From: Candidatus Woesearchaeota archaeon | GTDB lineage: Archaea; Nanobdellota; Nanobdellia; SCGC-AAA011-G17; ARS1403 | Length of the DNA: 64,000 nucleotides | Reading direction: 5' to 3' | Assembly (NCBI GenBank): GCA_018302705.1 | Contig: JAGVZI010000007.1 | Coordinates: 1,070 to 65,069, forward strand | Part shown: piece after piece, positions 46,428 through 56,053 of the stretch | Position numbering within the stretch: position 1 is the first letter of the stretch | Layout of the letters: each line of letters starts with the position of its first letter | Program-made: the position numbers and the translations under genes | Notes under the pieces: generated by a model | Told to the model about the DNA's origin: nothing | Seen by the model: the letters and a program-made list of their open reading frames with translations, nothing else | Databases searched by the model: none

Positions 46428-49400
46428 TTAAGGATTAATCCTCACTACTCCCATCTCATTGCCCCACAAATCCTCGCATCTGAAATAATAGCTTCCGCTA
46501 GTAGTAATAAGTTGCTTAGCCCTATTTGTAGTATCCTTTCCAACACCTTGCCATCGGCTTTCATCAGCAGGAACAGAATCGCCAGTTGCAATTTCACACT
46601 CAGCCTCCTCGCTGACAGTTATATACTTGTTGCCTTCAACAGTAACTATCTGCCTTATCTCAGGAGCAATTTTATCTTGCAGAACATTGACAGCAAAGTC
46701 CTGCTCAGCAACTTGCCCAGCGCTATCGCTGCATTCAGCTTTAATGTTGTAAACACCATCGGCATTGACACTAATATTGGCAGTATGCACAAGCGCTCCA
46801 GATCCTAAATTTATTTTAGCTGCATTAATTCGAGCAGAGCCTATTGTAGTGTAAGTGCATTTAACGTCGCCAACACCCCCAACAGTCGCTGTAGCAGTTT
46901 CAATTATCCTTTTTCCATAATTTCCAACAGGAAGAGAGAATAAAATGCTCAGCTCTTGAGACTCAGGAACTTCGATATTGAAATTAATTCTTCTTAATGG
47001 GGTTAGTCCGTCAGAAGCTTGGCATCTAATATAATATTCATGACTTCCAACATTAAGGTTTCTCAAAATTTTACTATATCTTGTAGCGCCTCCGAATACC
47101 CTTTCATAATCCATAGCCCCATCATAATCATTCGGATCAAATCTCTCTTCTAGCTGTCGAGTAAATCCTTTTCTATAATAGCAAGTTGCAATTCCATTTT
47201 GATCAGGGCCGCCTCTCAATTCCAGGAAAAGCTCAGGTCTTATTGTTTGTACATTACCGCTAGGACCTACCTGTCCCAAGATTAAAGATGAAACAACAAC
47301 ACCAGGTTGACCTCCAGGCTTGCTATTAGGATCTAAAGGATTTGTTCCAGCATCAACTTCTTCTCCGTCGCTAAATCCATCTCCATCGCTATCTCTTCTA
47401 TCAGGATCAGTGCCGATCTCTTCTTCCTCATCTTTTGTCAATCCATCTCCATCATTATCAGAATCGCCATCAGTAGTAATAGAAGCAACCAACACTCTCA
47501 ACAATCCAGATTTTTTATCTCCAGCTTCAACATAGTACTCGCTTCTAGGATCAAATCCATCATCCACTTGAATCGCAGCAGTCCATTCAATAATAGCACC
47601 CTCAGGAGCAGGAATTATAATTCTTTTTTCATCTACAGTATCGTCTATCTGGCCCCAGTCAGTTATAAACACATCCTTCTCTTTTATTTTATAGTTAATA
47701 GCATCTCCTGCTCTGCAGTTATTTCCCTCTATTAATATGTAAGACTTACTTCCACTTTGAATGCTTGCAATATTAGTCCCGCTTATATCCTTCCAGCTCA
47801 CTGATTTAACAGAGCAAACATCTCCTGTAGGCGGCGGTGTTTCTGGTGGCTCTTCCCCACCAGCTGAACTTACACTTATTCTTATTGTTGCCTCTGCTCT
47901 TTCTCCATTTCTATCTGCTGCTCTAACTTTAGCTGTATAACTTCCAGCATCTGAATAAGTATATCTTATTGAACCGCTAGTTATTATTGTTTCAAATATT
48001 CCGTCGTTATTAAAGTCCCAAGAATATGTAAAAGGTGAATTTCCATTTGTAACTGCCGTCGTAAACTCTACTTGTAATGGTGCATCTCCGCTTGTTGGAT
48101 TAGCAGCTATTTGAATATTAAATATAGTGTCTTCTTCCTCTTCTTTAATCTCTTCACATACATTTCCTATCCCATCATTATCGCTATCAGCTTGATCAGC
48201 ATTGGCATTATTTGGACAATTATCCCTGTTATCTGGAATGCCATCACTATCAGTATCTGCATTAAAAGAATTTATCTTGACAGAAGCAGTATCATCATCT
48301 CTCAACTTTCCATCAAAAACAGTCAACACAACTCTATAATCGCCAGCAGCAGTATATTCGTTGCTTGGCAAAGCTCCGCTTCCTCTTTTACCGTCGCCAA
48401 AGTCCCAGTCATAAGTCAAAGGATCTCTATCAACATCATTGCTATTGCTTCCATCAAAGTAAACTCTAACTCTTCCATTAGCATTAAGAGTTGCTTCCTT
48501 ATCGTCTCCAGCATTAGCAACAGGAGCCTGATTGCCAGAAGTATCATAAGGATTCACTTGAACATTTGCCTTATCTTCATTACTCAAACCGCCTCTATCA
48601 GTTACTTTCAAAGAAACATCGAATACATCAGCTTTCCTATATTCATGTTTCACTACAGACCCTCTTGCTTCAGCACTTCCATCGCCAAAGTTCCAAGCAT
48701 ATTCCAAAGGCAATCCTTCAGGATCATTACTATTTCTCCCATCAAAAACCACTTCAACTCTATTATTTGCATCTAAAGATACATCCTTATCTTCGCCGGC
48801 ATTAGCAGTAGGAGGATCATTTTCAAGATGATTATAAGCATTAATTTGTATGCTAATCTCATCAGTATCTCTCCCGCCTTTATTATCGTCGACAGTCAAT
48901 ACAACATCATATTTTCCATTAAGATCGTATACTTTACTTGGTCTCACTCCCCTTAATCCATTGCTCCAAGAATATGTTAATTGATCATTATCAGGATCGC
49001 TACTTCCGCTTCCATCAAACTGCACAGTAATTCTATCATCAGAATTTAAAGAAACTTTTTGATCTTCGCCAGCATTAGCAACAGGATTATTATTTATTCC
49101 ACCACCAATAACATTTATAGTAGTAGTTCCTTCTCCAACGTCACCATCATTATCTCTTACTAAAACTTTTACAGTGTAACTACCCGCCTCGCTATAAACT
49201 CTAGTAGGATTTGAATTACTTGAGTCTACAACTTCATAGTTTCCATTATTATCATAATCCCAAGAATATTTATAAGGAGCATTTCCATCCTTGACAGCAA
49301 CGCTGAATCTCACTGTCAAAGGAGATTTTCCAGAAGAGGGATCAGCACCTACAGAGAGAATTTCAGGAACTGTGTCAATACCTCCAGGATTAGTTCCGCG

Positions 49401-52400
49401 AGGATCTACATGAATATTTAGAGTGTCTTCAGCTTGTTTATCCTTGCTATCCTTAACAACAACTTTGGCAACATAATCTCCATCTGCAGTATAGGTACGA
49501 GATTTAATGTCAGGCACATTACTATACTCAAAATTCCCATCATTGTTAAAGTCCCATGAATATCTATAAGGGGCATTTCCATTTGTTGTAGCAACATTGA
49601 ATGTAACTGCCAAAGGAGCATCTCCAGAAGTAGGTCCTCCTCCCAATGTAACAACAAAGTCTCCTTCTGTTGGAGGTGTTGTTACAGCAGGACAATTATC
49701 TCCAATATCAACACAATTATTATTCGAATCATAAATTCCAGGACAACTATTTACAGTGCAACTTCCTCCAGGTATTGGCTGAGTAGAACTTCCGCAAGAA
49801 CTAACATCAAATCCACTGCAATCACTTTCGCATCTCAAACTTCCAGCACTAAATCCAAAATTACTGCAACTTTTTCCATTTAATAAACTGCCATCACAAG
49901 TCTCTCCAGCATCTAATCTATCATTGTCACAATCAGCAGGATTTTGAGGAGGTTGTTGAGTCGGACAATTTGGTTCGGTTTTAATGCAAGTTAAGGCATT
50001 ATTATATCTCCCTTCGCAATTATTAGCATCCTTACAAACTTCTCCCGCTTTAGCACCAGGAGGAACAGGTTTCTGTTTTATTTTAATTATCTGGGATTTC
50101 TTCTGAGCAGAAGCGCTTATTATTTCACCATTAGCAGCAACTAGTTCAGGATCCTCATCTCCATATCTTCCATTTGCATCTTTCTGCCATGATAAAGTTA
50201 TAAATTCAACATCGTAGTAACCGCCACCACTACTTTGTCTATCTAATTTCAATGTCCTCGGGAAATCCATAAAAGAAATCTGCTCATAAACATCCTCTCC
50301 CAAAACTCTCTCATAATCATACAAATCAATTACAACATCAACATTATTGCATTGCTCATTCCCTTTAACTTTTAATGCAATTTCAGTTCCTTCTTCTATT
50401 GAAGCTTCATTGGAATAAGGCTGACCTCTTTCTAAATCATACCATTTTACTTCTGTTATCTCGCAACCAGCAGACAATCCACCACCAACATCAGAAACAC
50501 AAACTCCAGCATTATTAGGATCATCATTAAATCCAGTAGCACACCCATATCCGCATTTATTCTCTCCACTCCACTTGCATCCAGAATCTTTAGCGCTTAA
50601 GCAGACAGCTTGGTTCTGATCAAAATAATCATTATCACATTTTATTGTGCAACTTCTCTTCTTAACACATGTTCCATCATTATTAATGCCTTCAGGAGTT
50701 TCAGAACAGGTCTCGCATAAAGCCTCAATGCATTGTCCAATCTGTCTGCCATTTTGAGTATTCTGATCATTGCAGTCCAAGGCATCTTCAACACCATCAT
50801 TTTCCTGATCGCTCAGGCATAAAGGATTTGGCTCTGTTGCACAATAAGAAGTTCTATATTCCTTAATAACACTAGGGCAATTTGCAGTAGAGCAGTAACC
50901 ATTAACACAATTCTGTCTTACACTATTTAGTTGTTTGTTGCATAAAAATTCCTGGCTTTGAACTTCAGCGCAATAAGCATCTCCAGGACACTGAAGACAT
51001 ACAGTAGCAGCATTATCGGCTGTGCAAGCAACAGCGCCTACAGGAGGGGCTATATATTTTTCAAATTTAATATTTAAAACAGCATTAGCAACATTCTCAA
51101 GATCATCTATAGCCTCGCATCTGACAGTGATTCGGTAATCTCCATTTGTCGAAAAAAAATCAAAGCTCTGTTTATGTATGTTCCTATCCTCATACCCCGG
51201 ATCAGCATCTGTGCCGAAAGGGACTCTCTGGATAGATACATCATCATAAATGTACGAATAAGAACACATAGCTCCCCGGCCCATGCCCCCAGAAGTTCTT
51301 ACCTCCAAGACATCAGTCTGGCGGATAGTAGCCCCTTCAGTTGGGCTAGTTATATCTATTTGTAATGGAGTAGCTCTATTAATAACATAGCCGTAAGGAA
51401 CCGGATTCCTATTATTCCCCTCATCCTTGCATGCAAAATAATAATTATTAACTCCGTCATTGACATTAACATCTAAACTGCAGGATTTAAAAAATGAACC
51501 GCTATATCCAGAAGGTAAATTAGAGGATCCTTCAGCAGAAATATCTCCACAATTAACTTGTTGCTGCATAGCATCAAACCCAATAAATTCATCGCTATAT
51601 CTGCAGCTCTCAACACCACTTAAATCACTTACAATAAATCCAATTGTAACAGCATTAGATTCAGAACTAGGCAAAGTATAAACATCGCTGCTTTGACCTT
51701 CATCTTTAGGATTGAATAAATGGATAACAGGAGGATCTGTATCCCCAACACCGTCTGTCAATCTAAATCTAACAAAATAATCTTCATTATTATCATTCCC
51801 GAAGAAATCGCTGCATTGAACGTAAAACACACAACCATCATCATCAGAGCATCCTAGCTTATCTTTTTCAGTCCAATCATCAAATGAAAATGGATAAAGA
51901 TGGTCTTTCCCATTGTACAAAGTTTGCAATAAGCCAACCTTTTTATCTCTCATATTTTCTAAGATTTTATCATATTTATTATCTTCACTCATCGAACTAG
52001 TCACGCCCTCCTGCAAATTAACTCCAAACAAGCCTCTTTCTGGAATAGGGCTCATTCTACAGTTTGAAACTTTATCTGTTGTTAAAATTAAACCATATTT
52101 CTTATCCTCAACAAGGTCTTTCACATCGCATCCGTTAATTCCAGGAGGAATCCCGCTGGGAAGAGTGCCTGCTCCTTGGCCTTGAATTCCAGTATCAGGA
52201 TTATAAGTTGGAAGCAAAGCAAATGATCTAGGCAAAGCTTGTCTACCTCTATTAAATTGTACAATATCCTGTTTGACTTGCATAGTTCCGATATCAACCA
52301 CACCGCATGTATTTATTAGAGGGGGGTTTTTATCAGCAATAGCTTCATCTAAACAAACCCCTTCACTGGCATCCCTAACTGTTGGCTCAAAAACACAGTT

Positions 52401-52652
52401 TTTTCCTATTGATCTGCAAGTATATTCACTGCACTTAGCCCCGAAAGATTTACTACCACAAACATTACAATCTCCCGTGTCTGTAGGATTATAAGGAGTA
52501 CAGCTTCCGCCTGAGAAAGCTCCTATAAGCCCACCAACAAGGCACCCCCCTCCCATGACAATAGCATCATCCCAGCCCATATAAGAATAGACACTGCCGC
52601 TCATAATTATCAAGATTAAAATTCCAGTTCCGAATTTAAATTTCTTATTCAT
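46428..52652 (-). CDS. Giant surface protein (2074 aa) with Cys-rich, Ig-like, about six PKD domains and DxDxDG repeats
   Basis: Signal peptide; repeated GDAPL-x-V-x-F and YSWDF-x-DG PKD motifs (about 47880..49660); CDNDRLDAGETCDG repeat; DSDGDGFSD. Confidence 0.85.
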   Translation of the reverse strand: MNKKFKFGTGILILIIMSGSVYSYMGWDDAIVMGGGCLVGGLIGAFSGGSCTPYNPTDTGDCNVCGSKSFGAKCSEYTCRSIGKNCVFEPTVRDASEGVCLDEAIADKNPPLINTCGVVDIGTMQVKQDIVQFNRGRQALPRSFALLPTYNPDTGIQGQGAGTLPSGIPPGINGCDVKDLVEDKKYGLILTTDKVSNCRMSPIPERGLFGVNLQEGVTSSMSEDNKYDKILENMRDKKVGLLQTLYNGKDHLYPFSFDDWTEKDKLGCSDDDGCVFYVQCSDFFGNDNNEDYFVRFRLTDGVGDTDPPVIHLFNPKDEGQSSDVYTLPSSESNAVTIGFIVSDLSGVESCRYSDEFIGFDAMQQQVNCGDISAEGSSNLPSGYSGSFFKSCSLDVNVNDGVNNYYFACKDEGNNRNPVPYGYVINRATPLQIDITSPTEGATIRQTDVLEVRTSGGMGRGAMCSYSYIYDDVSIQRVPFGTDADPGYEDRNIHKQSFDFFSTNGDYRITVRCEAIDDLENVANAVLNIKFEKYIAPPVGAVACTADNAATVCLQCPGDAYCAEVQSQEFLCNKQLNSVRQNCVNGYCSTANCPSVIKEYRTSYCATEPNPLCLSDQENDGVEDALDCNDQNTQNGRQIGQCIEALCETCSETPEGINNDGTCVKKRSCTIKCDNDYFDQNQAVCLSAKDSGCKWSGENKCGYGCATGFNDDPNNAGVCVSDVGGGLSAGCEITEVKWYDLERGQPYSNEASIEEGTEIALKVKGNEQCNNVDVVIDLYDYERVLGEDVYEQISFMDFPRTLKLDRQSSGGGYYDVEFITLSWQKDANGRYGDEDPELVAANGEIISASAQKKSQIIKIKQKPVPPGAKAGEVCKDANNCEGRYNNALTCIKTEPNCPTQQPPQNPADCDNDRLDAGETCDGSLLNGKSCSNFGFSAGSLRCESDCSGFDVSSCGSSTQPIPGGSCTVNSCPGIYDSNNNCVDIGDNCPAVTTPPTEGDFVVTLGGGPTSGDAPLAVTFNVATTNGNAPYRYSWDFNNDGNFEYSNVPDIKSRTYTADGDYVAKVVVKDSKDKQAEDTLNIHVDPRGTNPGGIDTVPEILSVGADPSSGKSPLTVRFSVAVKDGNAPYKYSWDYDNNGNYEVVDSSNSNPTRVYSEAGSYTVKVLVRDNDGDVGEGTTTINVIGGGINNNPVANAGEDQKVSLNSDDRITVQFDGSGSSDPDNDQLTYSWSNGLRGVRPSKVYDLNGKYDVVLTVDDNKGGRDTDEISIQINAYNHLENDPPTANAGEDKDVSLDANNRVEVVFDGRNSNDPEGLPLEYAWNFGDGSAEARGSVVKHEYRKADVFDVSLKVTDRGGLSNEDKANVQVNPYDTSGNQAPVANAGDDKEATLNANGRVRVYFDGSNSNDVDRDPLTYDWDFGDGKRGSGALPSNEYTAAGDYRVVLTVFDGKLRDDDTASVKINSFNADTDSDGIPDNRDNCPNNANADQADSDNDGIGNVCEEIKEEEEDTIFNIQIAANPTSGDAPLQVEFTTAVTNGNSPFTYSWDFNNDGIFETIITSGSIRYTYSDAGSYTAKVRAADRNGERAEATIRISVSSAGGEEPPETPPPTGDVCSVKSVSWKDISGTNIASIQSGSKSYILIEGNNCRAGDAINYKIKEKDVFITDWGQIDDTVDEKRIIIPAPEGAIIEWTAAIQVDDGFDPRSEYYVEAGDKKSGLLRVLVASITTDGDSDNDGDGLTKDEEEEIGTDPDRRDSDGDGFSDGEEVDAGTNPLDPNSKPGGQPGVVVSSLILGQVGPSGNVQTIRPELFLELRGGPDQNGIATCYYRKGFTRQLEERFDPNDYDGAMDYERVFGGATRYSKILRNLNVGSHEYYIRCQASDGLTPLRRINFNIEVPESQELSILFSLPVGNYGKRIIETATATVGGVGDVKCTYTTIGSARINAAKINLGSGALVHTANISVNADGVYNIKAECSDSAGQVAEQDFAVNVLQDKIAPEIRQIVTVEGNKYITVSEEAECEIATGDSVPADESRWQGVGKDTTNRAKQLITTSGSYYFRCEDLWGNEMGVVRINP

Positions 52653-54607
52653 CTACTGTAGCCACCTATCAAAGTTCCTGGATTGGATCCATCTGGACTG
52701 TTAGCCATTATCCAACCACCGCCCTCTCTCTGGGCCCACAAATTACCATCAGAATCCTTCACTGCATCCCCAGTAAGACTAACAGGCTTTCCTGCAGGAA
52801 TTGTGTCTGTAATATCCCCATCCATAGAAGGTTCATCTCTAATATTCCTCTCTCCTTCGAAAACCAAATTATAAACCTCTTCAGAAGTTTTAGCAACAAT
52901 AATTGTCTTGTAAGCAACATCTATATGGTCTGGGGTGTTCTTAACAACAGTTCTAACCAAACTATTGCTTCCAGGCACTTGTGGCACAACAGAATTTCCT
53001 AAAGACGAGCTTGCACTTTGAAACGGAGGAGCTTGAGGAGCTTGAGTAGGGCTTATGTATCCAGAAAAGGGATCTGCAGGGGGGGCATAACCTTCGATAG
53101 CTCCCGTATTCGGAATACCTCTAGCAGCATTTATAGGAGGACTGCTAAAGATAGTCTCCCATCCTCCCCCTTCATGTAAACCTAAGCTTCCGCCAGTTAA
53201 ATATAAAGCCTCAGCAACAACAGCTCCTGCAACGCATCCGATACCAGCTCCCTTCCACCCGCTACCGCCTTTAAAGCTACAATCACCTTTTCTATAACAC
53301 TCCTTGCTATCGCAAAAGTTACCCCAACCATCGCCACAATTCCCGCATTTTAACTCATAACCGCCAGTAGTTAAAGCATTATCATAAAAAACACTGCCTA
53401 AAGCATATCTCGGCCTACAGTTTTTCCCGTCTATGTCATAATTATCAACTAATTCAGCTTTACTAAACCCTTCTTTATATAAATAATAATCTGTCTGCTT
53501 TTCAGTCAAAGTCGTTCTCAGTGCTGTCGTCCTAAATAGATTAGTAGGTAACCCTCCGGACATACTTTCAACAACATCATAAATACCATCTTCAATATTA
53601 TCTAATGCTTCATCTAATTTTCCAACTTGTTTAAAATCTCTTGGAGCACACATAGCCCATTTTTCATCCTCTGTTCCAAGCATATAATATTCATCTTCCC
53701 AATTTTCAAAGCAAACCCCTTTTTTGCCCCTAAACAAATCCCCTGGTTCAATATCTAATTCCCCATTAACACAGCTGTATTTATAGTATCTCTGACCTGC
53801 AGAATATTTCTGAAAAACATCTTTTACATCGTTTGACCTAAATGTTCCTTCGGTTCTACGAAACTCTTGAAGTCCAATTATCTCTTTCTTGGAATATAAT
53901 TTCCATCCTTCTCCATTTTCAGTTGCATAAACAACGCACCAGCTCTCCCCATGAAGCCTTTTGTCCTTTCCTTCTTTAATATCATCATCAGTTAAACCCA
54001 ACATTGCCGGGGTTATCTCATTAAAGATTATATATGGCTGACCAAGACCTACATCTATTTTTCTAATAATAGCATTTTCATACAGGTTACAAGAAGTTTT
54101 AACACATTCAGGTTTCCCACTTACTTCAGAACAAACCTCCTCATTTTCAACACATTCTTTAACCTTTCTAACATACTCATTAGTATTTGATTTAACTTCT
54201 ATAACGCTATCCTTATCCACACTGCACACATTTCTAGTTAGCTCATTAAGAGCAGGAACAGGATTCCTCTCTATATGCTTTTCAGCACATTCATTAATGT
54301 CCCTAACAGCGGCATCAAATTCCCCCCCTAACTTTTCGCACCTTGATGAAGAGATTATACTGCATCTGCTAGAAAGTCTGAAGAAACATCCCCCCAACCG
54401 GCACTGATTATAAGGAGAAATCCCCTCGGCATTGTAACAAGCCCCTCCTCCTAGATTAGTTCCGCCTATAGCAATACAATTATTATTATCAACATTAGAA
54501 CTGCAGTATCCATCATTTTCTAAACAACAAACTCCGGTGCTTTGGGCATCAGCATAATTAATTAAAGCTAAAAATACAATCAATCCCAATATTAATTTAT
54601 ATCTCAT
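52649..54607 (-). CDS. Secreted Cys-rich protein with glycine-rich helix and C-terminal SH3b-like domain
   Basis: Signal peptide; GAGIGCVAGAVVA; C-terminal NIRDEPSMDGDITDTIPAGKPV...GNLW...GGWI. Confidence 0.72.
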   Translation of the reverse strand: MRYKLILGLIVFLALINYADAQSTGVCCLENDGYCSSNVDNNNCIAIGGTNLGGGACYNAEGISPYNQCRLGGCFFRLSSRCSIISSSRCEKLGGEFDAAVRDINECAEKHIERNPVPALNELTRNVCSVDKDSVIEVKSNTNEYVRKVKECVENEEVCSEVSGKPECVKTSCNLYENAIIRKIDVGLGQPYIIFNEITPAMLGLTDDDIKEGKDKRLHGESWCVVYATENGEGWKLYSKKEIIGLQEFRRTEGTFRSNDVKDVFQKYSAGQRYYKYSCVNGELDIEPGDLFRGKKGVCFENWEDEYYMLGTEDEKWAMCAPRDFKQVGKLDEALDNIEDGIYDVVESMSGGLPTNLFRTTALRTTLTEKQTDYYLYKEGFSKAELVDNYDIDGKNCRPRYALGSVFYDNALTTGGYELKCGNCGDGWGNFCDSKECYRKGDCSFKGGSGWKGAGIGCVAGAVVAEALYLTGGSLGLHEGGGWETIFSSPPINAARGIPNTGAIEGYAPPADPFSGYISPTQAPQAPPFQSASSSLGNSVVPQVPGSNSLVRTVVKNTPDHIDVAYKTIIVAKTSEEVYNLVFEGERNIRDEPSMDGDITDTIPAGKPVSLTGDAVKDSDGNLWAQREGGGWIMANSPDGSNPGTLIGGYSR

Positions 54608-55404
54608 TTCGCCACAACAAATACAAATACCTTTCCTGAGTCTCCTAATTGTCCCTCCTCAGCTGGAAAATCTTCTCTATTGCCTATAATCACAAGCCTT
54701 CTACCCTTATGATTATCAACGACCAGGCAGATTACATCTTCACTCTGACTTCCACAGTAAATAGCAAGGTCTTCTATTTGACCAGTAATAACCCCAGTCA
54801 CTATCTCTCTCGCCAAATTATACATCTTGCCAAAATTATCCTCTAAGTTAACACTAAACCTGTTAATCTCGCTTGTAAGACCACCCTTACTAATTTTGAC
54901 AGGATATGTAATTGTTACAGAAACTATTCTATCCCCAATAATGGTCCCAGCATCGATTCCTGCTTCATCCTCTTCTATATCAAAGTCATCTCTAAAGAGA
55001 TCTAGGCTACAACCATCGTTAATCAAAAAATATTCAATACTCTGTGAAATAAATTCTGGAGGTGGTTGGCCAGTAATAAGATAATTATCCCCTGCACTAC
55101 TAACTAAAACATTATAGTTAGAAAAGATAGCATCATTTTTATCCATACTGGGCCTTCCCCCATTATTTTTTAGATTCTCCACTATATTCTCTAATTTTTC
55201 CTTAACACATCCCTCAATGTATTCCTTAATAGGCTCCACCTGTGCAGTTGTTATCCTCCTTCCTATCTGCACATCTTCCCTCGTAAAAAACACAACCAAG
55301 ACAGCAATCAAAACAATAGCAACCCCGGCAATAATAAATAAAGTAACCTGCCCTCTTTTTCCAATTGAATTTTTCGTGAACGTTTTTCTAAAAGGCTCTA
55401 TCAT
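54604..55404 (-). CDS. Class III signal peptide (prepilin-like) protein, 266 aa
   Basis: KRG/QVTLFIIAGVAIVL; first codons nearly identical in DNA to 38042..40033. Confidence 0.8.
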   Translation of the reverse strand: MIEPFRKTFTKNSIGKRGQVTLFIIAGVAIVLIAVLVVFFTREDVQIGRRITTAQVEPIKEYIEGCVKEKLENIVENLKNNGGRPSMDKNDAIFSNYNVLVSSAGDNYLITGQPPPEFISQSIEYFLINDGCSLDLFRDDFDIEEDEAGIDAGTIIGDRIVSVTITYPVKISKGGLTSEINRFSVNLEDNFGKMYNLAREIVTGVITGQIEDLAIYCGSQSEDVICLVVDNHKGRRLVIIGNREDFPAEEGQLGDSGKVFVFVVAK

Positions 55405-55538
55405 TTTTTCCTGCTCCTCTCAACTTTATCCTTAACAGCCTCGTTAATGAATTCTATCAAAGTTTTATTCTCCAGAACAGCAGCTAATTTAGCCTTTTTG
55501 TGCAGCTCATCCTCGACTTCTATATTCACTCTTGTCAT
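55401..55538 (-). CDS. Ribbon-helix-helix (CopG-like) protein (45 aa)
   Basis: Not in ORF track; MTRVNIEVEDELHKKAKLAAVLENKTLIEFINEAVKDKVERSRKK; ATGA overlap. Confidence 0.78.
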   Translation of the reverse strand: MTRVNIEVEDELHKKAKLAAVLENKTLIEFINEAVKDKVERSRKK

Positions 55539-55545
55539 AGATTCT

Positions 55546-55722
55546 CTATGTTTTCTCCTTTATTTTTTTGCTCGCATACCTTACGAAGTATGAAAACACT
55601 AAAGCGATTAATGTCAATCCCCAATCAGTGGCGCTGAAGCATTCTGTTCCTATCACCCTTGTAAAGACAAACAGCAATACTAGCGAATCTATCACTCTCG
55701 ATAGAATCTCTAGTTCATTCAT
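55546..55722 (-). CDS. Small 2-TM membrane protein (58 aa)
   Basis: Manual translation MNELEILSRVIDSLVLLFVFTRVIG...LTLIALVFSYFVRYASKKIKEKT. Confidence 0.55.
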   Translation of the reverse strand: MNELEILSRVIDSLVLLFVFTRVIGTECFSATDWGLTLIALVFSYFVRYASKKIKEKT

Positions 55723-55838
55723 TTTATTATAATAGTCACTAATCCATAAATTGCTATTCCCAAAACTATCAGGGCCATAATATAAGAGATTATTTTTAAG
55801 ATCCTGTTTCTCCTCTTTATTTCATTCCTCCTTGCCAT
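55719..55838 (-). CDS. Small single-TM protein (39 aa)
   Basis: MARRNEIKRRNRILKIISYIMALIVLGIAIYGLVTIIIK; ATGA overlap with the next gene. Confidence 0.55.
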   Translation of the reverse strand: MARRNEIKRRNRILKIISYIMALIVLGIAIYGLVTIIIK

Positions 55839-55961
55839 TTTAATAAATAACTTAGCTAACTAAGCTTATTTAACTTATTTAGTTTATTAAGCTTATCAAT
55901 TTTAGTTATATAACTTACTTTTAATGGCCTTAACTGCTATATAAATCTTATTCAATTATTT

Positions 55962-56053
55962 TCTTACCAAGTAATAAAAATATATTAAAATCAACTTATT
56001 TTCTTACCAAGTATGAAAAGATTTATAAATAAAGAAATATATCTTACCAAGTA
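55962..56053 (+). promoter_or_regulatory. TCTTACCAAGTA x3 at an exact 40-nt period
   Basis: Copies at 55962, 56002 and 56042; the last overlaps the HEPN ATG; TATA-like TTTATAAA between copies 2 and 3. Confidence 0.65.

Noticed and set aside
55956-56053. Mini CRISPR array
   Set aside because: Only 12-18 nt are conserved in three copies, units are 40 nt, there are no cas genes, and the last copy overlaps a start codon; an operator fits better
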